NCBI GenBank assembly: GCA_902800645.1
Contig: CADCFC010000003.1
Location: 1,598-65,597 of the forward strand
Direction of reading: 5' to 3'
DNA: 64,000 nucleotides
Source of the DNA: an uncultured Erysipelotrichaceae bacterium
GTDB taxonomy: Bacteria > Bacillota_I > Bacilli_A > RFN20 > CAG-826
Shown here one piece after another: positions 53,050 to 63,503 of the stretch. Position numbers and translations under genes: made by a program. The first letter of the stretch is position 1; every line of letters starts with the position of its first letter. The notes beneath the pieces were generated by a model. The model ran no database searches and was not told the DNA's origin. It worked only from the letters and a program-made list of their open reading frames with translations.

Positions 53050-54954
53050 TTAGTCCTTAATAACTGCACCGAAGCGGCAGTTAGATTGACATAATCCACA
53101 CTTAACACAGTTAGATGGATCAATTCTATGAACACGAAGTGGTAAGCTTGGATTTTTACCAACTGGAACGATATCTGTCTTAACGATTGTGTTAGCAGGA
53201 CAATTACGAGCGCACATACCACAACCGACACATTTCTCTTCAATAATCTTATATTGCATTAAAGTCTTACAAACGTGAGCAGGACACTTCTTATCAACGA
53301 TATGCGCAACATATTCATCATAGAAGGCATTCATCGTAGAAAGAATTGGGTTAGGAGCAGTTTGACCTAAGCCACAAAGTGAATTGCTCTTAATGACATT
53401 AGCGAGATTCTTGAGTTCTTCAAGATCTTCCATAGTGCCTTTACCGTCAGTAATCTTTGTTAAGATTTCTAAACAACGTTTAGTACCGATACGACATGGA
53501 GAACATTTACCACAGCTTTCATCGCAAATAAATGTCATATAGAATTTCGCGACGTCAACCATACAGTTGTCTTCATCCATAACGATCGCGCCACCACTAC
53601 CCATCATTGAGCCAGCAGCGACAAGGTTATCATAATCAATAGGAGTGTCTAAATCTTTTTCAGTTAAACATCCTCCAGATGGTCCACCGGTTTGAATGGC
53701 TTTAAATTTCTTACCGTTAGGAATTCCTCCACCAATATCAAAGATGAGTTGTCTTAATGTAATTCCCATAGGAACTTCAACTAGACCAACATTATTAACT
53801 TTTCCACCTAAAGCGAAAACCTTAGTTCCTTTACTTCTTTCAGTACCAATTGCAGCGTATTCTTTCGCACCATGGAGAAGAATAAATGGAACGTTAGCGA
53901 GTGTTTCAACGTTATTGATAACAGATGGTTTTCCCCATAAACCTTTAACAGCAGGGAAAGGTGGACGAGGACGAGGCATACCTCTTTGACCTTCGATAGA
54001 ATTAAGAAGAGCGGTCTCTTCACCACAAACGAAGGCACCAGCGCCAAGTCTAATATGACATCTAAAGGAGAAATCAGTTCCTAAAATGTTATCACCAAGT
54101 AAACCGAGTTCTTCACATTGTTTAATTGCGTTTTTAAGTCTATTAACAGCGATAGGATATTCAGCACGAATATAGAAGTAACCATTTTTAGCACCGATCG
54201 CGTATGCTTCAATCATCATACCTTCGATAACGTTAATTGGGTTACCTTCGATAATGGAACGATCCATGAATGCACCTGGATCACCTTCATCACCATTACA
54301 GACGACATATTTTTCATCGCTTTGAACGTCATAAGCAAATTGCCACTTTCTTCCAGTTGGGAAGCCAGCGCCACCTCTACCACGAAGTCCACTATTAAGA
54401 ACTTCAGTGATGACTTCTTGTCTACTCATATGGAGTGCTTTATTTAAAGCGAGGAATGCACCTTGACCAATTGCTTCATTAATATCTTCAGGGTTAATTT
54501 CAGCGTTACCCTTTAAAGCGATATCACGTTTTTGTAATTTGTAGAAATTAATTTCGTGTTGTTTCGCCACTCTTTGTTTACTTTGAGGATCAATAAAGAG
54601 TAATCTTTCAACAACTTCTCCACCAATAATATCTTTTTGAATAATTTCTTCAGCGTCTTCAACTTTAACTTTTGTGTATAAAGTTTCTTCAGGGAAGATT
54701 TTAACGAATGGACCTTGGCTACAGAATCCAAAGCAACCAACAATATTCGCGGTTACTCTATCTTCAAGTCCGTTTTCTTTAATAAGTTCTTGTAATCTTA
54801 ATAGGAGATCATGACTATTTGAGGATAAACATCCTGTACCACCACAAACAACGATTGCGCGTTTGCCTTCTTCGCAGTGGAATTTCATATCGAGTTCACT
54901 AGCAAACTTCTTATGAGATTTAATTAATTCTTCAGAGGTTTTAATTTTAACCAT
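53050..54954 (-). CDS. hydB: NuoF-like flavoprotein subunit of a bifurcating hydrogenase
   Basis: GLRGRGGAGFPTGRKW, ESCGKCSPCRIG, and two C-terminal 4Fe-4S motifs (CVGCGMCARNCP, CVKCGLCQSNC). Confidence 0.9.
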   Translation of the reverse strand: MVKIKTSEELIKSHKKFASELDMKFHCEEGKRAIVVCGGTGCLSSNSHDLLLRLQELIKENGLEDRVTANIVGCFGFCSQGPFVKIFPEETLYTKVKVEDAEEIIQKDIIGGEVVERLLFIDPQSKQRVAKQHEINFYKLQKRDIALKGNAEINPEDINEAIGQGAFLALNKALHMSRQEVITEVLNSGLRGRGGAGFPTGRKWQFAYDVQSDEKYVVCNGDEGDPGAFMDRSIIEGNPINVIEGMMIEAYAIGAKNGYFYIRAEYPIAVNRLKNAIKQCEELGLLGDNILGTDFSFRCHIRLGAGAFVCGEETALLNSIEGQRGMPRPRPPFPAVKGLWGKPSVINNVETLANVPFILLHGAKEYAAIGTERSKGTKVFALGGKVNNVGLVEVPMGITLRQLIFDIGGGIPNGKKFKAIQTGGPSGGCLTEKDLDTPIDYDNLVAAGSMMGSGGAIVMDEDNCMVDVAKFYMTFICDESCGKCSPCRIGTKRCLEILTKITDGKGTMEDLEELKNLANVIKSNSLCGLGQTAPNPILSTMNAFYDEYVAHIVDKKCPAHVCKTLMQYKIIEEKCVGCGMCARNCPANTIVKTDIVPVGKNPSLPLRVHRIDPSNCVKCGLCQSNCRFGAVIKD

Positions 54955-54956
54955 AA

Positions 54957-55442
54957 CTAGTTAGCCTCCTTATTTCTATATTCATTAATAATGTTTTCAA
55001 CTTGTCCAACTTGCACCATTGGGAAAACTTTACCGTTAATAGAAACCGCTGGAGCAATCGCGCACGCTCCAACACATCTAAGTGCATCAAGTGTAAATAA
55101 ACCATCTTCACTAGTTTCACCTGGTTTAATTTTTAAGAGCTCTTCAAATTTGTCTAAAACGAGTTGAGAACCTTTAACGTAACAAGCAGTACCTAAACAG
55201 ACACCGATGACGTATTTTCCTTTTGGGGTAAGAGAGAAGAATGAATAAAAAGTGACAACACCATAAATCTCACTCACTGGAATACCAGTAAGAGAGGAGA
55301 CGAGTTCTTGAACTTCAAGAGGAATATAACCGTATTCCTTTTGAATATCAGAAAGAATCATCATAAGAGGTGTGCCTTCGTCTTTATAACGATTAACAAT
55401 CTCTGTAATTTGCTTCCTAGCAGCGTCTTGTAAACGAGCCAT
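54957..55442 (-). CDS. hydC: NuoE-like thioredoxin-fold [2Fe-2S] subunit
   Basis: VCLGTACYVKG...LRCVGACAIAP. Confidence 0.85.
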   Translation of the reverse strand: MARLQDAARKQITEIVNRYKDEGTPLMMILSDIQKEYGYIPLEVQELVSSLTGIPVSEIYGVVTFYSFFSLTPKGKYVIGVCLGTACYVKGSQLVLDKFEELLKIKPGETSEDGLFTLDALRCVGACAIAPAVSINGKVFPMVQVGQVENIINEYRNKEAN

Positions 55443-55547
55443 AGAGTTCCTCCTATTTATTACAAACGTAATAATTAATCGATATTATTTTATGTTATAG
55501 ATATTATCTATTCAATATAAAAAAACTAGAAGGATAATGTGGATACA

Positions 55548-56723
55548 CTACAATCTAGTTTTAATAATATTTTGAATTGTTTCAATCTGCTTAGAAATCT
55601 CATTGTATTGAGATTTGTAATTATCTAGTTCTTTTAAAATAATATCGGCCTCTTTTTTAAGCAAGTCATTCGCTTCTATTTTTGTATATGAGAAATATTC
55701 TGCTATCTCAATTATTCCTTCCTTATTATCTTTTAGACCAAATGAAAGAGCAAAATCACCTTCAAATAATGATGGATTAACATCAAACATTGGAGAAAGC
55801 TTATATCCTTTCTCTTCCATAATAAATGCATGGTTTCTTAAGTGATTATCAGTATTATTAATCAAATAGGTAAATATGATCCTACGATATAATTCTTTTA
55901 AATCTTCCTTAACATTAACACCGTTAGACCTAATAAAATTCACTAAATCTAAATATGAATATAAGTCGCTTCTACCGTCATTAGTTGCTAGAGCAGTCAC
56001 GCCACTGAGATAGTGAATTCGATTATTACCATCACGATCAAATCTTTTAACAAGAAGTGTGTAACCATTTTTAGAAAGCTTTTGAGCGTTACAATCAGGA
56101 ACATTTATCCCACATAATTTTGCGATTCTTAAAGTAATATATTCCAAAAGCTCAACATCGTAATCATCGCCTTTTGAAGGAAACTTAGCAATATATACTT
56201 CATCATTAAAATAGATATTACTTTTAGGCCTAGCCCCACCAAGAGAAGAGCCAGGAAGAAGTAGCTTCCTAAATAATTCATCTTTTATAGTTTCCTCTTT
56301 TTCGAGTTCATAAGAAGCTTGCTCGATATCTCTTAAATAGATATATGGAGGAATTGCGTCTTTCTTTTCATTTATAAACGGGCCATCTATCGCTTCTTTT
56401 ACTCTTAAAGCACCCATTCTCGATAAATCATTAACTCTAACTAGATAGTCAAAAGAGTTTAACTTTCGATTACTTTTTTCTTCTATATCAATTAATCTTT
56501 TTCCAAATCTATCAGGGATCATATCCTCAATGAAGCCAAAACTAAGTTCATCTGGATATTGCCTTCCAAAATACTTTTTAATAAGCGGATCAATAATGGG
56601 AAGATTAGGATTTTCTATATATTCACTTGAACACTCAAAAGAAAAGATTCCACTAGTGTAATAAATATCACCAATGTAATAATCTTTACCTTTGAAATTT
56701 AAAAATAGTTTTAATGAATTCAT
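55548..56723 (-). CDS. hipA: HipA-family Ser/Thr kinase toxin
   Basis: LPGSSLGGARPKSNI and NNTDNHLRNHAF (the HipA catalytic motif). Confidence 0.85.
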   Translation of the reverse strand: MNSLKLFLNFKGKDYYIGDIYYTSGIFSFECSSEYIENPNLPIIDPLIKKYFGRQYPDELSFGFIEDMIPDRFGKRLIDIEEKSNRKLNSFDYLVRVNDLSRMGALRVKEAIDGPFINEKKDAIPPYIYLRDIEQASYELEKEETIKDELFRKLLLPGSSLGGARPKSNIYFNDEVYIAKFPSKGDDYDVELLEYITLRIAKLCGINVPDCNAQKLSKNGYTLLVKRFDRDGNNRIHYLSGVTALATNDGRSDLYSYLDLVNFIRSNGVNVKEDLKELYRRIIFTYLINNTDNHLRNHAFIMEEKGYKLSPMFDVNPSLFEGDFALSFGLKDNKEGIIEIAEYFSYTKIEANDLLKKEADIILKELDNYKSQYNEISKQIETIQNIIKTRL

Positions 56724-57031
56724 TTTCTTGCTCTTCTTGGTGTTTTAATATTCAAATCTTGTAAGGTTCTACCAAGTTTATCTTCCTTCATGATATTACA
56801 AAACTCGATATCGTTATTACCTATTGCATTTAACACAGCAGCATAAATCCCAATAGAGACATCAGGAGAACCTTTTTCAACACGCATTAAAGTAGGACGA
56901 GAAATACCCGCTCTATCACAAATTAAAGTAGTAGATAAATTTCTTCTTAATCTAGCAATGCGGATATTATTTCCCATGATTTCTAAATTTTTTAAAATAT
57001 TGGGTAGTAATGGATTTTTAACGGTTCTCAT
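56720..57031 (-). CDS. hipB: XRE-family HTH antitoxin (HipB-like)
   Basis: IRIARLRRNLSTTLICDRAGISRPTLMRVEKGSPDVSIGIYAAVL. It overlaps hipA by 4 nt. Confidence 0.75.
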   Translation of the reverse strand: MRTVKNPLLPNILKNLEIMGNNIRIARLRRNLSTTLICDRAGISRPTLMRVEKGSPDVSIGIYAAVLNAIGNNDIEFCNIMKEDKLGRTLQDLNIKTPRRARK

Positions 57032-57163
57032 TTTAATCTCCTAATGATAAATATATTTTACACTTAGACGGTTAAATATTAAATATATTTTACATTACGT
57101 TTTTATTTTTAATTATAAAAAAGGGATGAAAACAAATTCATCCCAATTTCAATTTAATTAATA

Positions 57164-58411
57164 TTATAGTCTAATATCTTTTATCTTTCTTCCGGGTTTC
57201 GCTGTCTTTTTAAAGACAATCTCACCTTGAGAAATCGCACCTACTGGGCAGACGTGTCCACAGAGTAAACAGCCAACACATTTATCGTGATTACATGTAG
57301 GTCTACGACTATCTTCATCCCATTCCATGGCTTGATGCGCGCCATCGTAACATGAGATATAGCATCTACCACAGCCAACACATTTATCCTTATCGATTTC
57401 TGGATAAACGATATAGTCTCTATCGAGATCTTCAGCAGGAATAATATTTTTATTAGCTAAACCTACTAGTTGCTCTAAATGATCAACTTTTTGTTCTTCC
57501 ATATAATGCATTAAACCGTTTTTCATATCTTCAACGATACGATAACCATATTGCATAATACCGGTAGTAACTTGAATAGTTCTTGAACCAACTAAAATAA
57601 ATTCCGCTGCATCTTCCCAAGTTTCACAGCCTCCAATACCAGAGATCTCCACTCCTGGAATACCCATTCTTAATTGTTGAATAAATCTTAAGGCAACTGG
57701 TTTAACAGCTTTACCACTATATCCAGAAATAGAAGATTTACCGTTAACAATTGGCATACCAATCTTCTTATTTAAATCAACATTACAAATAGATTTAATC
57801 GTGTTAATCGCAGCAATACCATCCGCTCCACCTTCTAAACACGCTTTAGCGACTTCTACCATATCAGTGATATTTGGAGTCATCTTCGCCATCATTGGAA
57901 GCTTACTTCCGCGTTTAACAGCTTGACAATATCTCTTACAGAGTTCTGGATTACTACCAACATCGCTACCCATCGCATGAGAAGTCATTTGAGGACATGA
58001 TAAGTTCATTTCAATCATATCCGCGCCAGCTTCAGTAACTTTACGAGCGAGATCTTCCCAAGTTGCTTCGTCGTTTCCCATAATAGAAGCGATAAGAACT
58101 TGATTTGGATATTCTTTCTTTAATCTTGCTAAATCAGCAAGATTTTCTTCTAATGAGTGCTCAGCGATTTGTTCCATATTCTTAAAGCCAACGAATGGTT
58201 CGGCTTCTTTTGATAAGGTATCAAATCTAGGAGAGACTTCGTTAATTACATATGATTTAGGACCGATGGTCTTAAAGACAATTCCACCCCATCCGACATC
58301 ATATGCTTTTTTACACATGTCATAATCATTTCCTACTGGAGAAGATGATAGACAGAAAGGATTAGGGAACTTAACACCTAAGAAGGTAATAGATAAATCT
58401 TTCTTAACCAT
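57164..58411 (-). CDS. preA: PreA-type dihydropyrimidine dehydrogenase subunit (DHOD-like barrel plus 2x[4Fe-4S])
   Basis: The N-terminal [11 protein letters not shown] is DHOD-like. The C-terminal Fe-S motifs are [11 protein letters not shown] and [12 protein letters not shown]. Confidence 0.8.
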   Translation of the reverse strand: MVKKDLSITFLGVKFPNPFCLSSSPVGNDYDMCKKAYDVGWGGIVFKTIGPKSYVINEVSPRFDTLSKEAEPFVGFKNMEQIAEHSLEENLADLARLKKEYPNQVLIASIMGNDEATWEDLARKVTEAGADMIEMNLSCPQMTSHAMGSDVGSNPELCKRYCQAVKRGSKLPMMAKMTPNITDMVEVAKACLEGGADGIAAINTIKSICNVDLNKKIGMPIVNGKSSISGYSGKAVKPVALRFIQQLRMGIPGVEISGIGGCETWEDAAEFILVGSRTIQVTTGIMQYGYRIVEDMKNGLMHYMEEQKVDHLEQLVGLANKNIIPAEDLDRDYIVYPEIDKDKCVGCGRCYISCYDGAHQAMEWDEDSRRPTCNHDKCVGCLLCGHVCPVGAISQGEIVFKKTAKPGRKIKDIRL

Positions 58412-58413
58412 AA

Positions 58414-59622
58414 TTATTTACCTCCTAAATATTTCTTCACTGCATACGCAGTTTCTTTAGCGCTTCTAACCGCATATACCACTGTCTTTTCTCCGCTTGG
58501 AGAGACATCGCCACATACGAATAAATTACCTTTCGCATTGGTAACTTGTTGTAACTTATCAACTTCTAAACCAAGTAGACCCGCTTCAGTATATTGACCA
58601 ACAGCGAGAATAATTAAATCTGCTTTAACTTCAAGCTTTGCAGGGATGAAACGATGATTAAAGACAACTTTCTTTCCTTTTAAAGCAACTGGAACATAGC
58701 CGTCAATAATAGAGACATGCTCGTCTTGAGCGCCTTGAAGTTCTTTCTTACTCGCTTTAAATTCATCAAATGTTTCATAAACCACATCAGTGACTTGTTT
58801 AACACCGAGTAATCTTAAAGTGGTAACGGTATCCATAGCGACATCTCCGCCACCAATAACTAAAACATTTTCAGGAACTTTCACATTTCCTTTCTTGCGT
58901 TTAACATCGTGTAAGAAATCAACTGCGGTCTTTACAAAATGTTTGCCCGCAAACATTGGAAGCATCTTACCTTTAGAGTGACCAACCGCGACAACTACCG
59001 CATCATTTTCTTTCTTTAAAGATTCTAAGTCTTCAACTGGAGTATTGAGTAAAATCTCAACACCAATTTTTTGAATTCTCTTAATTTCTTTATCAACGAC
59101 AGTAGAAGGTAGACGATATTCAGGAATGCCATATCTTAGATATCCACCTGCTTTAGCTTCTTTTTCATATACTTTAACTATGTAGCCTTCACTAGCAAGA
59201 AGTCCCGCAACTGATAAACCAGCAGGACCACTACCAACGACTGTAACCTTTTTACCGTTAAGTGGTTTCTTTTCTAAGATATCCATCTTCATCGCGTCTT
59301 CAAAATCAGTGACATATCTTTGGATTCTTCCAATATCAATTGGTTTATCAATACCACTTCTAGAACAACCTTGTTGACAATATCTTTCGGTAGGACACAC
59401 TCTCGCGCATATCGCTCCTAAGATGTTATTAATACGAACCGTTTCTGCCGCTCCTTTAAAGTTTCTAAAACGGACAGAACGAATAAATTTAGCTGGATCT
59501 GTTCCAGCTGGACAAGCTTTAGAACATGGGGCGTCATGACAAAGAAGACAACGGCTTGCCTCTTCCATCACGAGTTTAGGAGTGTATCCCGCCTCATATT
59601 CTTTCATGTACTTTTCGGACAT
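58414..59622 (-). CDS. preT: PreT-type (GltD-like) NAD(P)H oxidoreductase subunit
   Basis: [43 protein letters not shown]. Confidence 0.8.
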   Translation of the reverse strand: MSEKYMKEYEAGYTPKLVMEEASRCLLCHDAPCSKACPAGTDPAKFIRSVRFRNFKGAAETVRINNILGAICARVCPTERYCQQGCSRSGIDKPIDIGRIQRYVTDFEDAMKMDILEKKPLNGKKVTVVGSGPAGLSVAGLLASEGYIVKVYEKEAKAGGYLRYGIPEYRLPSTVVDKEIKRIQKIGVEILLNTPVEDLESLKKENDAVVVAVGHSKGKMLPMFAGKHFVKTAVDFLHDVKRKKGNVKVPENVLVIGGGDVAMDTVTTLRLLGVKQVTDVVYETFDEFKASKKELQGAQDEHVSIIDGYVPVALKGKKVVFNHRFIPAKLEVKADLIILAVGQYTEAGLLGLEVDKLQQVTNAKGNLFVCGDVSPSGEKTVVYAVRSAKETAYAVKKYLGGK

Positions 59623-59927
59623 TAAAAATCCTCCTATGAAAGTATAAAAGTATTTAGATGTAATAATTTTAATACAAAATTAAGGTTTTATTCAATATAG
59701 CGATTACCTGATAGGATGAAGAAAAATGCAAATTTTTTATAGTTATCTATAACTATTTTAATTTTTTTTGAAACTTTTTCTTAATTCGACCCTATTTAAT
59801 ATATGAGGGGGAAAAATTACCTCCAAATATAGTCGGCTAGTCGAAATATCGATTCGTCGAAACTTCTTTCTGTGATTTCTTATATCGGCGTAACCACTAG
59901 TCGACAAATAGAAAGGAGATGATGCTT

Positions 59928-59993
59928 ATGAGTGAATTCTTAATCTTTTTATTCATCATTTATTTGATAATAATAGAAAAAAAGAACCGCTAA
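59928..59993 (+). CDS. Candidate 21-aa hydrophobic peptide (type I toxin-like)
   Basis: AAAGGAG lies 9 nt before the ATG. The peptide is MSEFLIFLFIIYLIIIEKKNR*, one TM-length hydrophobic stretch plus a basic tail. It is below the ORF-track cutoff. Confidence 0.3.
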   Translation: MSEFLIFLFIIYLIIIEKKNR

Positions 59994-60003
59994 GTAAGCG
60001 ATT
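59977..60003 (-). terminator. Intrinsic terminator of the GT4-fusion gene, antisense to the 3' end of the small ORF
   Basis: Minus strand: AATCGCT-TACTT-AGCGGTT followed by CTTTTTTTC. Confidence 0.5.
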
Positions 60004-60066
60004 CGAAACTCTATTTATAGTAAATCACAAGGAAGGAGGTTAGTCAACTCCCCCTCAATGATTTGT

Positions 60067-62004
60067 TCATTTGTTAATTTCGATATAAATGTCGCTGATC
60101 TTTTTCGCCCATTTATCTGGTGCGAATTGTTTCATGGTGTCTTTAGCTTTATCGATAATCTTTTTGTTATTAGTAAATAAGGCTTTCTCAATTCTTTCAA
60201 CCCATTGATAGAAGTCTTTATAGATATAAGCGTTTTCTCCGTCTATAAAGATGCCTTCTAACGCTTTATCTTCTTTAGCGAGGATTGGGGTCCCACAAGT
60301 CGCGGCTTCAAAATAAGTTAAACCTTGGGTTTCAAAATTTGATGCAGTCACAAAAACGTCAAGCATACCGTAATAATATTTAAGTTTTGCATTTTCCACT
60401 TCACCAACAAAAATAACATCATCTTCTAATTTAAGTTTCTTAGTTAATTTTTTAAGTGGCTTAACTGCGTCTCCATCTCCAACAATGACAAAGGCAATAT
60501 TAGGAATCTCATTTTTAACATTAGCAACATATTCAAGAGTTTCCGCGATATTCTTTTCACTACTAACTCTACCGATATAACCAATTACTTTCTTCTTTTC
60601 TAAATGATATTGTTCTTTAAGCGACTTAATGATTTTTTGATCGTCTTTTGTAATAGTAAAGCGATCAAAGGCAATTGAAGAAGGAATGACTCTAATATCT
60701 TTAACTCCACTATCAGCGTCGAGTATTTCATAAGTCTTTTGACTTGGAACAATAACTACAGGACATTCTTTATAGATACGAGAAAATAAGAGGTCTCTTG
60801 CGGTGTTATAGGTAAAATCGCCAGCGAATTTACCAAACTTCTTCTCGTAATACATCTTCCATAAAGTGTGATAGCTATAAACCATTTTAATGCCAGTAAA
60901 TTTAGCGAGGAATAAAGCGATTTGACCGATTGAATATTCAGTGTGTAAATGTAAATAATCAAAGCCAAACATCGAAAGCATCTTCGCATTCTTTTGGAAG
61001 ACAAAGCTTCTTAATAGATGAAGTTCCCTATGTCCTTTAATTAAAGAAGCACTACGGCCGCTAACTGGAATATAATCAGCGGGTAATTTCTCTAGAGGAA
61101 CTTTCTTATCCCATAAGGCGATAATATAAGTTTCATAACCCATCTTATCGAGTTCTTCTTTCAATAGATTAACTACTGTAATCACTCCATTAATAAATAA
61201 TGGGAAAACATCAGTGAGTAAAGCCACTCTCTTTTTAAATGGTTTATCTTCAAGTACTAAAAATAAATGTTCAAAGAAACGAATGTTATATTTAGCTTCA
61301 CTTACCATAGGAATTTCTTTAATTCGATAATCGCTACCAGTAACTAAATCAATTCCTTTATAACGATATTCATCTTCTAATGAAATCGATAAAGCGGCTT
61401 CATAATATAAGAAATATCCGACATTAGGATAAGAAGAGAAAAACACCTTCTTATTCGTATGACCATTTTCAAAAATAGAATAACGGCTATCGATATTATT
61501 TACCGAATCATTCTGTCCATAAAAGATATAAGTTGGAATAGAGAAAGTCTTAATATCTCTAGCGATAAAATAATCATCTTTATAGTGATTAAGAGGGCTA
61601 AGTAAAATGAACTTAGAAATACGTTTAATCTTAGTCTTTTCTAAATAAGACGCAATCGTTGCTCCAGCGCCAAAGCCCATAACAATTAATTCTTCTTTTT
61701 TAATGTAATTATGTTTGATGCATTCGTTAATTAAAAATTCAAAAGCCTTCGCGTAATAATTTAAAAATAACGCTCGATCACCTTTAGATAATAAATTAAA
61801 GGTAAAGACTTTATATCCCTTTTCTATAATCGGATTAAGTAAATCTAAAAATTGATTATCTCCGTTATAGTGAAAAATCGGGAAAAGAATTATTTTTCCA
61901 TTACTTTTATTTGGGCTATAAACCGAAACTTCATATGGATTATGATCGATATCAAATTTATAAGTCACAGGAGCTTTTTTAACGTTAATAGAAACTTTCA
62001 CCAT
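60067..62004 (-). CDS. Alpha/beta-hydrolase-fold domain (nucleophile Ser apparently replaced) fused to a GT4 glycosyltransferase
   Basis: The C-terminal GT4 is RVSSEKNI...FVTASNFETQGLTYFEAATCGTPILA (EX7E). The N-terminal ~280 aa are hydrolase-like, with VMGFGAGATIA where GxSxG is expected. The start is set at ATG 62004 (MVKVSINV) because the track's TTG-initiated extension covers the rplQ terminator. Confidence 0.7.
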   Translation of the reverse strand: MVKVSINVKKAPVTYKFDIDHNPYEVSVYSPNKSNGKIILFPIFHYNGDNQFLDLLNPIIEKGYKVFTFNLLSKGDRALFLNYYAKAFEFLINECIKHNYIKKEELIVMGFGAGATIASYLEKTKIKRISKFILLSPLNHYKDDYFIARDIKTFSIPTYIFYGQNDSVNNIDSRYSIFENGHTNKKVFFSSYPNVGYFLYYEAALSISLEDEYRYKGIDLVTGSDYRIKEIPMVSEAKYNIRFFEHLFLVLEDKPFKKRVALLTDVFPLFINGVITVVNLLKEELDKMGYETYIIALWDKKVPLEKLPADYIPVSGRSASLIKGHRELHLLRSFVFQKNAKMLSMFGFDYLHLHTEYSIGQIALFLAKFTGIKMVYSYHTLWKMYYEKKFGKFAGDFTYNTARDLLFSRIYKECPVVIVPSQKTYEILDADSGVKDIRVIPSSIAFDRFTITKDDQKIIKSLKEQYHLEKKKVIGYIGRVSSEKNIAETLEYVANVKNEIPNIAFVIVGDGDAVKPLKKLTKKLKLEDDVIFVGEVENAKLKYYYGMLDVFVTASNFETQGLTYFEAATCGTPILAKEDKALEGIFIDGENAYIYKDFYQWVERIEKALFTNNKKIIDKAKDTMKQFAPDKWAKKISDIYIEINK

Positions 62005-62036
62005 CTTTATATAATAAAAATAATATAGTAGAGAAG

Positions 62037-62074
62037 CAAAAACAACAAAAAACCTACCGGAAATAACCGATAGG
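62037..62074 (-). terminator. Strong intrinsic terminator after rplQ
   Basis: Minus strand: CCTATCGG-TTATTT-CCGGTAGG followed by TTTTTTGTTGTTTTT. Confidence 0.7.
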
Positions 62075-62098
62075 TAATTGTTTTTAATAAATACTTTA

Positions 62099-62500
62099 TT
62101 AATCAACCCAAGTGACTAAGACCACTGGAGCGTCATCACCACGACGATTTTCAAGTTTTAATCTACGGGTGTAACCACCATTTCTAGCCTTCATCTTTGG
62201 ACCGATGGTGTTGAAGAGTTTATCAAGCGCGGAGACTCCTTCACTAGCGTCGATATTTCTAACGAATCTACTAGCTTGTCTTTTCGCATTCATAACATCT
62301 TCTTTTTTGGTTAAAGAGACTAAACGATCAGCTTCTTTAACAACATCACGCGCAACGGCTTCGGTAACCTTCACGGATTCGTGAATGATTAAATCGGTAA
62401 CGACATTGCGGAGCATGTTTTCATATTTACTCTTGGTATAAGCGGCTTTAAATCTAACACCGGTTTTACCATGAACATTTTTACGACCTTGTGCTGGCAT
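62099..62500 (-). CDS. rplQ: 50S ribosomal protein L17
   Basis: LRNVVTDLIIHESVKVTEAVARDV...NGGYTRRLKLENRRGD. Confidence 0.95.
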   Translation of the reverse strand: MPAQGRKNVHGKTGVRFKAAYTKSKYENMLRNVVTDLIIHESVKVTEAVARDVVKEADRLVSLTKKEDVMNAKRQASRFVRNIDASEGVSALDKLFNTIGPKMKARNGGYTRRLKLENRRGDDAPVVLVTWVD

Positions 62501-62517
62501 TTTGTTTTCCTCCTAAA

Positions 62518-63483
62518 TTATTCGAAATCCCTGAATGATAAACCAATCGCAGCAAGTTTCTCTTTAATTTCTTTAAGAGATTTCTTACCGAGATTTTTGA
62601 CTTTCATCATATCATCTTCACTTCTCTCAGTTAATTCGAGAACTGTGGAGATTTGCGCTCTCTTTAAGCAGTTATAGCTTCTAACAGATAAGTCGAGATC
62701 TTCAATCGCGATATTTTCGTATTTATTTTCTTCGACTTTTTCTTCTTCTTTCTCGATATTGATATCTTGAGTGATTTCACCGAGATTGAGGAATTTTTCT
62801 AAGTGTTTAATTAATAATTCCGCAGCCCAAGTAACGGCTTCTTGAGGAAGGATAGAACCATCTGTCCAGACTTCAAGAGTGAGCTTATCAAATTTAGAAT
62901 CGTGACCAACACGGGTGTTATCAACGACGTAATTTGCTTTTCTAACTGGGGAATAATTGCTATCAGTAGCGATAACTCCAACGGCGAAGTTTGGATGGAG
63001 AACTTTATTTTGTTCACCAGTGACATAACCTCTACCATTACGAGCGTGAAGAACAGCGTGGAGTTTTCCACCTTCAGCGATATGGGCGAGTTCAACGTCT
63101 TTATTAACAACAGTGACACCAGTTGGGCAAACGATATCTGCACCAGTGACCACTTTTGGTCCTTCGACATTGATTTCAAGTCTCTTATTCGCGTTTTCTT
63201 CGTCTTCAATTTTTAAGACTAAGTCTTTTAAATTTAAAATGATGTTTGTAACGTCTTCTTCAACTCCTGGAAGAGCAGAGAATTCGTGTTGAGCACCTTC
63301 AACTTCAATAGCGTAAACGCTTGCTCCAGGAAGAGCAGAGAGAAGGACTCTTCTAAGGGCGTTACCAAGAGTTAAACCAAAACCTCTTTCGAGTGGTTCG
63401 ATGATGAATCTGCCATAGTTTTCATTTCCATCATAGTCTGCTTGGGTAATGCCAAATCTTTCAAAAGGATTAGCGATATTCAT
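62518..63483 (-). CDS. rpoA: DNA-directed RNA polymerase alpha subunit
   Basis: GRFIIEPLERGFGLTLGNALRRVLLSALPGASV...LDLSVRSYNCLKRA. Confidence 0.95.
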   Translation of the reverse strand: MNIANPFERFGITQADYDGNENYGRFIIEPLERGFGLTLGNALRRVLLSALPGASVYAIEVEGAQHEFSALPGVEEDVTNIILNLKDLVLKIEDEENANKRLEINVEGPKVVTGADIVCPTGVTVVNKDVELAHIAEGGKLHAVLHARNGRGYVTGEQNKVLHPNFAVGVIATDSNYSPVRKANYVVDNTRVGHDSKFDKLTLEVWTDGSILPQEAVTWAAELLIKHLEKFLNLGEITQDINIEKEEEKVEENKYENIAIEDLDLSVRSYNCLKRAQISTVLELTERSEDDMMKVKNLGKKSLKEIKEKLAAIGLSFRDFE

Positions 63484-63503
63484 TTTTTGATCCTCCTAAT
63501 ATA

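Noticed and set aside
62005-62106. N-terminal 34 aa of the 679-aa track ORF: an apparent TM helix and an 8-nt overlap with rplQ
   Set aside because: The track start is a TTG. The extension is translated straight through the strong rplQ terminator (CCTATCGG-TTATTT-CCGGTAGG plus a U-run). ATG 62004 is the credible start.
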